Source: Bacteroidales bacterium
GTDB lineage: Bacteria > Bacteroidota > Bacteroidia > Bacteroidales > PUMT01
Reading direction: 5' to 3'
DNA length: 64,000 nt
NCBI GenBank assembly: GCA_007132225.1
Contig: SLPB01000028.1
Location: forward strand, 25,985 to 89,984
Part shown: in pieces, positions 29,350 to 37,858 of the stretch
How positions within the stretch are numbered: position 1 is the stretch's first letter
Layout of the letters: each line of letters begins with the position of its first letter
The notes under the pieces: generated by a model
Seen by the model: only the letters and a program-made list of their open reading frames with translations
Told to the model about the DNA's origin: nothing
The model's database searches: none
Program-made: the position numbers and the translations under genes

Positions 29350-31803
29350 TTATGCATAGGGTTCCATTACCTTTTCTTCCAGAAGGGCAATATCAAGCAC
29401 ATCAATTATAGTCCTGACATAATGAAAAGTAAGTCCTTTCAGGTATATTTCCTTGATTTTCTCCATATCTTTCTTATTATCTTCAGATAATATGATATGA
29501 ACAATATTTGCCCGTTTTGCAGCAAGGATCTTCTCCTTTATCCCGCCAACAGGCAATACACGTCCCCTCAGGGTTATCTCTCCGGTCATGGCTGTGGCTT
29601 CTTTAACCTTCCGCCGGGCAAAGGCCGATGCCATAGAGACAACCATGGTGATACCGGCTGATGGCCCATCTTTGGGTATGGCTCCTTCGGGCACATGAAT
29701 ATGAACATTAGTCTTTTCAAAGATATCCGGCTTAATATCAAGATAACCGCAATGAGCCTTGATATACTCAAGAGCAAGCTGTGCCGACTCCTTCATCACC
29801 TCACCCAGATTTCCGGTAATGGTAAGATTGCCTTTGCCCCGGCTAAGGCTTGATTCAACAAATAATATCTCACCTCCGGCGGGAGTAACCGCCAGGCCGG
29901 TAACTACACCTGCAAAATCATTGCCCTGATAAAAGTCCCTGCTATATTCGGGAGGGCCAAGGATTTCACGGTTAAAAGCGGGACTAAGTTTTTTGTCAAA
30001 CTCCTCACCGAGTGCCAGTTTTTTCGCAAGTCCCCTGCATACCTTGGCAATTTTCTTATCAAGCTCCCTCACTCCTGACTCCCGGGTATAATTGTCTACT
30101 ATTGATGCAAGTACCTTTTTTGAGAAAACCACGGAATTCCTTTCCAGTCCGTGATTCAACAACTGCTTGGGCACAAGATGCCTGCGTGCAATCTCAATTT
30201 TTTCTTCCTGGATATATCCTGAGACACTGATCACCTCCACACGGTCACGCAGTGCGGGATGGATTGTATTGACCGTGTTTGCCGTGGCGATAAACAACAC
30301 CCTTGACAGATCATAATCAAGTTCAAGATAGTTGTCATGAAAAGCGAAGTTCTGTTCAGGATCAAGCACCTCCAGAAGTGCGGAAGCAGGATCGCCGTGA
30401 ACATCTTTCCCAACCTTATCTATCTCATCCAAAATAAAAACGGGATTGGATGATTTGGTTTTTTTTAAATTCTGAATAATACGCCCGGGCATTGCCCCAA
30501 TATAAGTTTTACGATGACCACGAATTTCAGATTCATCATGAAGACCACCAAGAGACATCCTTGCATATTTTCTTCCAATAGCACCTGCAACTGAACGGCC
30601 TAGTGATGTTTTTCCCACACCAGGAGGCCCCACCAGGCACAAAATAGGTGATTTCATATCACCCTTGAGTTTAAGTACCGCTAAATGCTCCAGTATTCTG
30701 TCCTTAACAGTTTCAAGTCCGAAATGATCCCTGTCCAGAACTCTCTGAGCTCTTTTCAAATCAAAATTATCTTTAGTATACTCGCCCCACGGTAGTTCGA
30801 GAAGGAGATGAACATAGTTTACCTGGACGGAATATTCACCTGCTGCCGGGTTAAGACGCTGAAGCTTTTTGAGCTCTTTTTCAAAAGCCTCCCCAACCTC
30901 CTTTGTCCATTTCTTTTTGGAAGCTTTTTCACGCATTTCGGCAATCTCTTTCTCCATTGGATTGCCTCCCAGTTCATCCTGAATTGTTTTAATCTGCTGA
31001 TGCAACAGGTACTCCCTTTGCTGCTGGTCCAGTTCAGATTTAACTTTTGACTGAATATCTTTTTTCAGCTCAAGCATCTGAACCTCCTTACTCAGGTATT
31101 CAAGAAGCGTTTGAGCCCTCTTGTAGAGCTCATTGGTCTCAAGCAGTTTCTGCTTGGAGGGTATATCCACATCGGAATTGGAACATATGAAATTAACAAG
31201 AAAGGTTGAGCTTTCGATATTCTTAACTGCAAATGAAGCTTCAGGGGGAATATTGGTGGATAACTTAATAATCTTTAGTGACAGATCCTTTAATGACCCT
31301 ATAAGTGCCTCGAACTGATCTCCTTTCTTCCTTGGCATTACATCATCCAGGCTGATAATACTTGCCTTCATGTATGGTTCCTCAGAGTGCAGCTCCGTAA
31401 TCTCAAAACGTTTTTTTCCCTGAATAACCACAGAAGTCGCTCCATCGGGCATTTCAAGAATTTTCAGAATCTGCGCAACTGTGCCGACTTTATAAAGATC
31501 CTCCAGTCCGGGATCATGTGTTTCGGCATCTTTTTGGGCAACAGCACCTACAAGCTTGCTGCCTTTATATGAATCACGGATAAGTTTAATGGATTTCTCC
31601 CTTCCCACTGTAATGGGTATTATCACACCGGGAAACAGTACGGTATTGCGAAGGGGCAGAAGAGGCAGGGCGTCAGGTATTTCTGTCTTGCGCAGCTCTT
31701 CTTCATCTTCGTCTGAAATAAGAGTGATATAATCTGACTCTTCATCTCCTGGATTCCCGGCCAGCATATCTGTCCACAATAAATCTTTATGCTTTTTGTT
31801 CAT
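29350..31803 (-). CDS. lon: ATP-dependent Lon protease
   Basis: LON N-terminal domain, Walker [10 protein letters not shown], and catalytic serine region [11 protein letters not shown]. Confidence 0.96.
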   Translation of the reverse strand: MNKKHKDLLWTDMLAGNPGDEESDYITLISDEDEEELRKTEIPDALPLLPLRNTVLFPGVIIPITVGREKSIKLIRDSYKGSKLVGAVAQKDAETHDPGLEDLYKVGTVAQILKILEMPDGATSVVIQGKKRFEITELHSEEPYMKASIISLDDVMPRKKGDQFEALIGSLKDLSLKIIKLSTNIPPEASFAVKNIESSTFLVNFICSNSDVDIPSKQKLLETNELYKRAQTLLEYLSKEVQMLELKKDIQSKVKSELDQQQREYLLHQQIKTIQDELGGNPMEKEIAEMREKASKKKWTKEVGEAFEKELKKLQRLNPAAGEYSVQVNYVHLLLELPWGEYTKDNFDLKRAQRVLDRDHFGLETVKDRILEHLAVLKLKGDMKSPILCLVGPPGVGKTSLGRSVAGAIGRKYARMSLGGLHDESEIRGHRKTYIGAMPGRIIQNLKKTKSSNPVFILDEIDKVGKDVHGDPASALLEVLDPEQNFAFHDNYLELDYDLSRVLFIATANTVNTIHPALRDRVEVISVSGYIQEEKIEIARRHLVPKQLLNHGLERNSVVFSKKVLASIVDNYTRESGVRELDKKIAKVCRGLAKKLALGEEFDKKLSPAFNREILGPPEYSRDFYQGNDFAGVVTGLAVTPAGGEILFVESSLSRGKGNLTITGNLGEVMKESAQLALEYIKAHCGYLDIKPDIFEKTNVHIHVPEGAIPKDGPSAGITMVVSMASAFARRKVKEATAMTGEITLRGRVLPVGGIKEKILAAKRANIVHIILSEDNKKDMEKIKEIYLKGLTFHYVRTIIDVLDIALLEEKVMEPYA

Positions 31804-31888
31804 TTGATATTACTATAAAATATTTATCTGTCAACATGTCATAATTAACAGGAAAAACAGAAAATAACTATATATTCAAGTCTCGTGC

Positions 31889-31896
31889 CAAAAATA
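31889..31896 (-). promoter_or_regulatory. candidate -7 box (TATTTTTG) for lon
   Basis: The plus strand reads CAAAAATA, 86-93 nt upstream of the lon ATG. Confidence 0.4.
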
Positions 31897-31996
31897 AATG
31901 ACAGCCCCTTTAAGAGTAACTTAATTAACTGATAAAACAAAAATCACTCCCTTTAGTTCATCTTTTTTATGGATCGTTGCCGCTTGCGGGATTATA

Positions 31997-32022
31997 TAAA
32001 AAAACCCCGCGATGCAGGGTTC
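31997..32022 (-). terminator. rho-independent terminator after rpmE
   Basis: Hairpin AACCCCGC-GAT-GCAGGGTT (32004-32022) with one mismatch. On the minus strand it is followed by TTTTTATATAA. Confidence 0.65.
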
Positions 32023-32044
32023 TAAAGAAGTATATTAATGAGTG

Positions 32045-32311
32045 TTACTTGTTTTTCTTATCCATGTGCTTTTTATACCGGTTCATGAACTTGTCAACAC
32101 GCCCTGCTGTATCAACAAGTTTCATTTTGCCTGTATAAAATGGGTGTGAAGTACTGGAGATGTCGAGCTTATAAAGAGGGTACTCATTCCCGTCCTCCAG
32201 CTTAATAGTCTCTTTTGTGGGTGCGGTTGAACGCGAAATAAAATAATTGTCGTTTGACATATCTTTAAATACCACAAGACGGTAATTTTCAGGATGGATT
32301 TCTTTCTTCAT
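32045..32311 (-). CDS. rpmE: 50S ribosomal protein L31, type B (no Cys zinc ribbon)
   Basis: [10 protein letters not shown]...[11 protein letters not shown]...[10 protein letters not shown]; contains no cysteines. Confidence 0.93.
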   Translation of the reverse strand: MKKEIHPENYRLVVFKDMSNDNYFISRSTAPTKETIKLEDGNEYPLYKLDISSTSHPFYTGKMKLVDTAGRVDKFMNRYKKHMDKKNK

Positions 32312-32370
32312 ATCTATTTATTTACTAATATATTTTTATTCAGACAAATACTTTTTAAACCGCTCATATT

Positions 32371-32506
32371 AAAGAACCCGGGTGAATTTCACATCAGGCC
32401 TGAGCTTACATTCCTGAAAGACCGGTTCGTTGAATATTACTCCGGTCAGGGGGCAGAAACCTAATTGATGAATACCCGGTTCCCGGGATTTTCAACAAGG
32501 TTCTTT
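32371..32506 (-). promoter_or_regulatory. candidate structured 5' leader element of rpmE
   Basis: Plus-strand AAAGAACCCGGGT (32371-32383) is complementary to CCCGGG (32482-32487) plus GGTTCTTT (32499-32506). This encloses a second hairpin, CCTG-A-(AAG)-ACCGG (32413-32425) paired with CCGGTCAGG (32442-32450). All of it lies between the -7 box at 32521 and the ATG at 32311. Confidence 0.4.
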
Positions 32507-32520
32507 TCCTAAACGGAATG

Positions 32521-32528
32521 CAAAGATA
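32521..32528 (-). promoter_or_regulatory. candidate promoter for rpmE (-7 TATCTTTG, with TTTG 19 nt upstream)
   Basis: The plus strand reads CAAAGATA. On the minus strand the sequence is TTTG-N19-TATCTTTG, which matches the Bacteroides -33/-7 architecture. Confidence 0.55.
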
Positions 32529-32606
32529 ATAGTTGTAATTAAATATACAAAATAAAAAAATACTTCACTCCTGCAAACTTTGTTCCCGGAGCAGTATATC
32601 AAAGCA

Positions 32607-32637
32607 AATTATCAGGTACAGCACAGTGCTGATAATT
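32607..32637 (-). terminator. hairpin overlapping the flippase stop codon
   Basis: AATTATCAG (32607-32615) pairs with CTGATAATT (32629-32637) around a 13-nt loop. The downstream T tract is only moderate. Confidence 0.35.
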
Positions 32638-33979
32638 AATGCAGACGGATGATCCTCTGGTCTATAAGCAGGAAAATAGCAATAAGTAAAGCAGAGTAAA
32701 TTAAATAAGTTGCTACAGGTATATATTCGCGTGGACTTATCTTAAGGTTAAAATAATTATAGGCCACCAGAACTATTTTTTCAATCAAAAAAACAACGGA
32801 TGTTGCAACGGCAACTCCCACCATTCCGTAGTGTCTCATCAAAAAAAGGCTAAGGGAGACATTAAGAATAATCTCAACCATGGAGGCAAAAAGAACTATT
32901 TTTGTCTTTTTTAACCCGATAAGTATAGTCTGGGGAAATATTAGCCGACTCATAATAAGCAGGAGATATACCACAAAAACATCGGCACTGCGGGAAAAAT
33001 TCTCGTTAAACATGGCAATATATATCACCTTGCTGAAAAAAAGCAGTAGTATTGTTAAAGGAAACAGCAGGTGCATAAGCCGCATTGATCTTTTTTTGAG
33101 AATGCCAAGGGCATTTTTCATCTTTTCCCTTGTTGAAAACTCGGGAAGCATGGCATTGCTAAGTCCGTTGGCCAAAAGAATAACCAGCGGAAATTCCTTG
33201 GCGCCGAACCGGAATATAGCAAAGTTGGCAGCATCATATGAGGCAGAAATAATTATCCCGTCTACATACTGTGCCGAGCCGCTGAGAAGGGAACTTAAAA
33301 TCAAAGGTGTGCCCAGGGCAATGTGCTCCTTTAAAAAAGATTTGGATAACCGGAAACGAGCATGCCTTTTCAGCAACACCATAAGCCAGGCCAGCCTGAT
33401 GAGGGAAATAATTATAAGTCCCCAGACTGCATATTCAATAGGATAGCCGGTGATTACAGGTACCGTCACTATCACAAGTTGTATTGTGAAGGTAACAAAA
33501 CCATATATTATCAATTCTGCGGACCTGTTTTTGAGGAGATATATATATTCAACAAGATGACCGGGATTACTGACCAAAATATAGACAAAGACCAGGTTCA
33601 TAAAGGTGATGTCCTTCACACCATCAAAAATATGGAATGCCCTTTGGAAAATGATGCAGAATATAAAGGCCAGAAAGCTGAATGCCGACAATAGAAAAAA
33701 GGCATTGAAAAGTTCAGGGGATTTGGACTTCTTATTTACCGATAACACCCTGAATGTCTTATTACTGTTGTACAATGGAAGCAAGCTCTGAATTAACCCG
33801 TTAACCCAGAAAAAACTCACAGCACTGGCGACGAAAAGGGATAATTCATAATACCCAATATTTTCAACAGAGACAGAGCTTTTTGTGAAAATAATACTAA
33901 TTAGAAGAAAAGTGGTAAACCTGAGTATCTGGATGATTTGCAGGCCACCTACATTGGATATTTTTTTAAGAAAGATCAA
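32636..33979 (-). CDS. Wzx-like oligosaccharide/polysaccharide flippase (MOP superfamily)
   Basis: About 12 to 14 TM segments. Size and hydrophobic pattern are typical of polysaccharide biosynthesis flippases. TTG start; low GC. Confidence 0.6.
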   Translation of the reverse strand: MIFLKKISNVGGLQIIQILRFTTFLLISIIFTKSSVSVENIGYYELSLFVASAVSFFWVNGLIQSLLPLYNSNKTFRVLSVNKKSKSPELFNAFFLLSAFSFLAFIFCIIFQRAFHIFDGVKDITFMNLVFVYILVSNPGHLVEYIYLLKNRSAELIIYGFVTFTIQLVIVTVPVITGYPIEYAVWGLIIISLIRLAWLMVLLKRHARFRLSKSFLKEHIALGTPLILSSLLSGSAQYVDGIIISASYDAANFAIFRFGAKEFPLVILLANGLSNAMLPEFSTREKMKNALGILKKRSMRLMHLLFPLTILLLFFSKVIYIAMFNENFSRSADVFVVYLLLIMSRLIFPQTILIGLKKTKIVLFASMVEIILNVSLSLFLMRHYGMVGVAVATSVVFLIEKIVLVAYNYFNLKISPREYIPVATYLIYSALLIAIFLLIDQRIIRLH

Positions 33980-34160
33980 ACCACGCTCTTTATTTTTGCA
34001 GGCAAATATAAGACAAATCCACAGAGGTTTAATTAAATGCCGGTTGTTTGTAAAACACTCATGTGAAAAATAGTTGTGAATATGAGCCTGACCACAGCGT
34101 GAGGGTTCCCGCCTGAAAAATAAAAAATGTGATGAGGGATGAAATATAAAAAGAAATATT

Positions 34161-34168
34161 TATCTTTG
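34161..34168 (+). promoter_or_regulatory. candidate -7 box (TATCTTTG) for tRNA-His
   Basis: Exact TAnnTTTG match ending 11 nt before G-1 of the tRNA. Confidence 0.55.
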
Positions 34169-34179
34169 CACCGTTAAAT

Positions 34180-34254
34180 GGTGGTCGTAGCTCAGTTGGT
34201 TAGAGCGTCAGATTGTGGTTCTGAAAGTCGCCGGTTCGAATCCGGTCTTCCACC
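34180..34254 (+). tRNA. tRNA-His (anticodon GTG) with an encoded G-1; no encoded CCA
   Basis: Hand fold: D arm GCTC/AGTTGGTTA/GAGC, anticodon arm TCAGA-TTGTGGT-TCTGA, T arm GCCGG-TTCGAAT-CCGGT, G-1:C73. The acceptor stem GTGGTCG/CTTCCAC has U5-U68 and C6-U67 mismatches. Confidence 0.8.
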
Positions 34255-34269
34255 CCTGCAAATTTAAAG

Positions 34270-34318
34270 ACAAAGAGTAATTATCAGAAATAGTGATAAT
34301 TACTCTTTGTTGTTTTAT
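34270..34318 (+). terminator. strong hairpin terminator after tRNA-His
   Basis: Perfect 17-bp stem: ACAAAGAGTAATTATCA (34270-34286) pairs with TGATAATTACTCTTTGT (34294-34310), with a 7-nt loop. It is followed by TGTTTTAT. Confidence 0.8.
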
Positions 34319-34337
34319 CAGTAAATTTACATTCAAT

Positions 34338-35498
34338 ATGGTAAGGATTATCCACACTGAAAAGATACCAATTAAGCTATGGCTTAATGATATAGAAGAG
34401 GGGGCCCTTCAGCAGGCCAGGGATATTGCCAATTTACCAGATGCCGCTCATCATGTTGCCATAATGCCTGATGCCCACCAGGGTTTCGGAATGCCTATTG
34501 GCGGAGTACTTGCCACAAGGGGGGTGGTAATACCAAATGCAGTGGGAGTGGATATAGGCTGTGGTGTGTGTGCTGTGAAAACATCATTGAAAGAATTTTC
34601 ACGCAAGGATCTTCTGACCATAGCAAACAGGATTAAAAACACCATACCACTGGGTTTCAAACGCCATAACAAGCCTGTCAGCAAACACCTTCTTCCCGGA
34701 ATTGACTCTGAGATGCCTGTAATCGAACGCGAGTATGAAAATGCTGCCTGTCAGCTGGGGACGCTCGGCGGCGGAAACCACTTCATTGAGCTGCAAAAGG
34801 ATACTGAAGGATATCTTTGGATAATGATCCATTCAGGAAGCAGAAATCTGGGCAAACAGGTAGCAGACCATTACTACAAAGAGGCCCGCAATTTAAATAA
34901 CAAAGATCATGGTAACCCAGGCATACCCCGCCAGCTTTCACGTTTAAGCGTTGATTCTGATCAGGGACAGCTCTATTTAAAAGAGATGCAATATTGTGCA
35001 GACTTTGCCTTTGCCAGCAGAAAACAGATGATAACTGTTGCCTCAGAAATAACAGATGATCATTTTAAACATGTAGAATTCTCTGGTATTATAAATATTG
35101 CTCACAACTATGCAAGTAAAGAGACCCATTTTGGCGAAGAATTAATAATCCATCGCAAAGGAGCTACATCTGCCAAAAAAAATGAAACCTGCATAATACC
35201 GGGTTCTCAGGGTACCAGCAGTTATATATGCAGGGGCAAAGGTAATCCGGAAAGCTTCAAAAGCTGTTCTCATGGTGCAGGCCGTACCATGGGCAGAAAG
35301 GAAGCCCAAAGGTCCCTGGACCTTAAAAAAGAGAAAAGTATTCTTGACGACCGGGGGATAATTCACAGTCTGTTAACAACCAAAGACCTGGATGAGGCCT
35401 CGGGTGCCTATAAGGATATAGGCATGGTAATGAAATTACAGTCCGATCTTGTTGAAATTGTAACTGAACTTCAGCCACTGGCTGTGATAAAGGGTTAA
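34338..35498 (+). CDS. rtcB: RNA-splicing ligase RtcB (3'-phosphate/5'-hydroxyl RNA ligase)
   Basis: IHSGSRNLG, AHNYA and SCSHGAGR motifs. ATG at 34338. The track's GTG start at 34293 lies inside the terminator hairpin and is rejected. Confidence 0.92.
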   Translation: MVRIIHTEKIPIKLWLNDIEEGALQQARDIANLPDAAHHVAIMPDAHQGFGMPIGGVLATRGVVIPNAVGVDIGCGVCAVKTSLKEFSRKDLLTIANRIKNTIPLGFKRHNKPVSKHLLPGIDSEMPVIEREYENAACQLGTLGGGNHFIELQKDTEGYLWIMIHSGSRNLGKQVADHYYKEARNLNNKDHGNPGIPRQLSRLSVDSDQGQLYLKEMQYCADFAFASRKQMITVASEITDDHFKHVEFSGIINIAHNYASKETHFGEELIIHRKGATSAKKNETCIIPGSQGTSSYICRGKGNPESFKSCSHGAGRTMGRKEAQRSLDLKKEKSILDDRGIIHSLLTTKDLDEASGAYKDIGMVMKLQSDLVEIVTELQPLAVIKG

Positions 35499-35526
35499 TA
35501 AGACCAGAGATTCACCCCGGAATAAA

Positions 35527-35569
35527 GGAGCCTTTATAAATATGGCCATGAACTGCATATAAAGGCTCC
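35527..35569. terminator. hairpin between convergent rtcB and rpoD
   Basis: Perfect 12-bp arms: GGAGCCTTTATA (35527-35538) pairs with TATAAAGGCTCC (35558-35569). The 19-nt loop contains the palindrome ATGGCCAT. Confidence 0.5.
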
Positions 35570-35576
35570 CCGATTA

Positions 35577-36437
35577 TTATCCAAGATACATCCTGAGAAG
35601 CTTGTTTTTGGATTTATGCCTGAGCCGTTTCAGGGCCTTTTCCTTTATTTGCCTGGTGCGCTCTTTTGTCAGCCCAAGCTCCTCACCAATAGCCTCAAGT
35701 GACATCTCCTGCCTGCCAAGACCGAAATAACACTCCAGAACATTACGTTCCTTTTCTGATAATATACTCAGGGTACGGGATATCTCCTTACGCAGTGAAT
35801 CCACCATCAATTCGGAGTCAGCAATTGGTGAATCCTTATTCTCCATTACATCCAGAAGACTGTTGTCTTCACCATCAACAAAGGGGGCGTCGAAGGACAT
35901 CGGACGTCCGTTGAGTTTAAGCGTACCTGCCACCTTTTCTTTGGACATTTCAAGTTTCTCAGCAAGCTCTTCGGGGGAAGGATCCCTTTCGTTCTCCTGC
36001 TCAAAACGTGAACTGATCTTATGAATCTTACCTAAAGATCCTACCTGATTCAGAGGCAGTCTCACAACTCTTGCCTGTTCGGATATAGCCTGTAAAATTG
36101 ATTGCCTTATCCACCAGACCGCGTAGGATATAAATTTAAACCCCTTGGTTTCATCAAACTTGGTAGCAGCCTTTATCAGACCAAGATTACCCTCGTTGAT
36201 AAGGTCCGGGAGACTCAGTCCCTGAAACTGATACTGCTTTGCAACAGACACAACAAACCTCAGATTAGCCTTAACCATTTTCTCGAGCGCTACCTGGTCT
36301 CCCTTTTTTATCCGCTGGGCTAGCTCCACCTCCATTTCCGGGGATATCAGATCTTCCTTACCTATCTCCTGAAGATATTTCTCAATAGAATTAGAATCAC
36401 GGTTAGTGATCGATTTGGTTATTTTTAACTGCCTCAT
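35577..36437 (-). CDS. rpoD: primary RNA polymerase sigma factor (Bacteroidota sigma-A, 286 aa)
   Basis: Region 2 [37 protein letters not shown]; region 4 [20 protein letters not shown]. Confidence 0.93.
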   Translation of the reverse strand: MRQLKITKSITNRDSNSIEKYLQEIGKEDLISPEMEVELAQRIKKGDQVALEKMVKANLRFVVSVAKQYQFQGLSLPDLINEGNLGLIKAATKFDETKGFKFISYAVWWIRQSILQAISEQARVVRLPLNQVGSLGKIHKISSRFEQENERDPSPEELAEKLEMSKEKVAGTLKLNGRPMSFDAPFVDGEDNSLLDVMENKDSPIADSELMVDSLRKEISRTLSILSEKERNVLECYFGLGRQEMSLEAIGEELGLTKERTRQIKEKALKRLRHKSKNKLLRMYLG

Positions 36438-36477
36438 AATATATTTGAAATTATTTATTAGCGATGTAATGCATCGG

Positions 36478-36759
36478 TTATCTTTTTTGCTTCATCAGAA
36501 GTGCAAAACGATCGGGATTAATATTGTAATTTGGGGGATCTACAAACTTATCAATCAGTCCCAATAACTTAAGCTCAAGAATATGATTTGTTCCTGTTTG
36601 CTGTGAAATGCCTAATTCCCTGATTATATCTCCAAATGATACCGGTCCTTGCCTGTTAAGCATATTTAGTATAGACATCTTGACTTCATCGTTCAAAATC
36701 TCTTTCGATCTTTTAACGGTTAATTTCTCAACAATATTGTCCCTTGATTGTTCATGCAT
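36478..36759 (-). CDS. small winged-helix (ArsR/MarR-like) DNA-binding protein
   Basis: 93 aa; [41 protein letters not shown] fits a wHTH. Low GC. Confidence 0.5.
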   Translation of the reverse strand: MHEQSRDNIVEKLTVKRSKEILNDEVKMSILNMLNRQGPVSFGDIIRELGISQQTGTNHILELKLLGLIDKFVDPPNYNINPDRFALLMKQKR

Positions 36760-36774
36760 ATCCTCTTTTTTTTG

Positions 36775-37845
36775 TTAAACGATTTTTTTATCTATGTAAT
36801 TTGAATTCATTATATGAAGGGTGCCCATGTAATTAAGCTTAAACTCAATAAGATCGCCAACCTTGTATTTTGGTTTTTTTGTTCCCAGATCAACCACGAT
36901 CATATCTGAACTGGCACCTGATAAGGTTATTTTTTTGTCAACCAATTCCATATTGTCAATATTCATGTCCAGCAGACCAATATCCAAAATTCCGCGGTAT
37001 GTTTTCCTGCCTAAATCTTTTTCATCAAACTCAAGAGTATCTCCCGACACGTTGGAACCAATCTCTCCTGTAGGAACAATTGGCTTTTCAGTTAATTCGA
37101 TGATTTCTGCATGCAGCTTAAAAACACCATTTTTCATGCCTTTTATCAACTTCTCGGTAAAGAGGTCCTTTCCGAAAAACAGGCTTTCCCCTACCCGGAA
37201 ATGATCAACCGAGGCAGGCAGTATACCTTTTACAAGAAGCGGTATGGTAACCGAAGATCCTCCTGAAACATAGGGTATTTTCCTGTTAAATTTAGCCTCT
37301 ATTAATTGCTTGTAAAGTCCCAGCTGTATCAGTTTATCCTGACTGGGCATAATACCATAAAGACAGTTCAGGTTGGTTCCTATGCCAATTACTTCAATGT
37401 TGGGCAGATTAAATATGCTGCCATAAAACTCAATAAGTTTATTTCCCAATACTCCTTCACGCAAATCACCCATTTCAATCATTATTATGATCTTATGGAT
37501 CTTATCCTGTTTTTTTGCCTCCTCGTTCAGCAGGTTAATAGTGTACAATTCGGTATTCAAACTGATATCGGCATATTTTACAACAGAACGCAAAGATCTT
37601 TTGGCCGGTGGCTTGATGTAAACCGTCTCGATATCGGGATCAATACTTTTAATTGCCTTCAGGTTACTAACCCGCGAATCACATACCTGCCTTGTATTAA
37701 GCTCCAGAACTTCCCTGAGGTATGTCCTGTTTCCACATAACAACTTTGTAACGATTGCCCACTCAATATTATTTTGCTTAAAAAGATTATTTAAATAATT
37801 GTAATTGTGCTTCAGCTTTTCTTTATGAAGTTCAATGAATGCCAT
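36775..37845 (-). CDS. fold-type III PLP-dependent amino-acid racemase of the YhfX/ornithine-racemase type
   Basis: N-terminal barrel with WAIVTKLLCG (putative PLP lysine), IMIEMGDLREG, GGSS and RVGESLFFG. This resembles the predicted amino-acid racemase family (COG3457) and is distinct from the adjacent Alr. Confidence 0.65.
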   Translation of the reverse strand: MAFIELHKEKLKHNYNYLNNLFKQNNIEWAIVTKLLCGNRTYLREVLELNTRQVCDSRVSNLKAIKSIDPDIETVYIKPPAKRSLRSVVKYADISLNTELYTINLLNEEAKKQDKIHKIIIMIEMGDLREGVLGNKLIEFYGSIFNLPNIEVIGIGTNLNCLYGIMPSQDKLIQLGLYKQLIEAKFNRKIPYVSGGSSVTIPLLVKGILPASVDHFRVGESLFFGKDLFTEKLIKGMKNGVFKLHAEIIELTEKPIVPTGEIGSNVSGDTLEFDEKDLGRKTYRGILDIGLLDMNIDNMELVDKKITLSGASSDMIVVDLGTKKPKYKVGDLIEFKLNYMGTLHIMNSNYIDKKIV

Positions 37846-37858
37846 TATTTCCTTTTAA

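Noticed and set aside
34293-34337. The ORF-track N-terminal extension of rtcB, which starts at GTG 34293 (MIITLCCFISKFTFN).
   Set aside because: These codons lie in the 3' arm and U-tail of the 17-bp tRNA-His terminator hairpin. MVRIIHTEKIPIKLW from the ATG at 34338 is a typical RtcB N-terminus.
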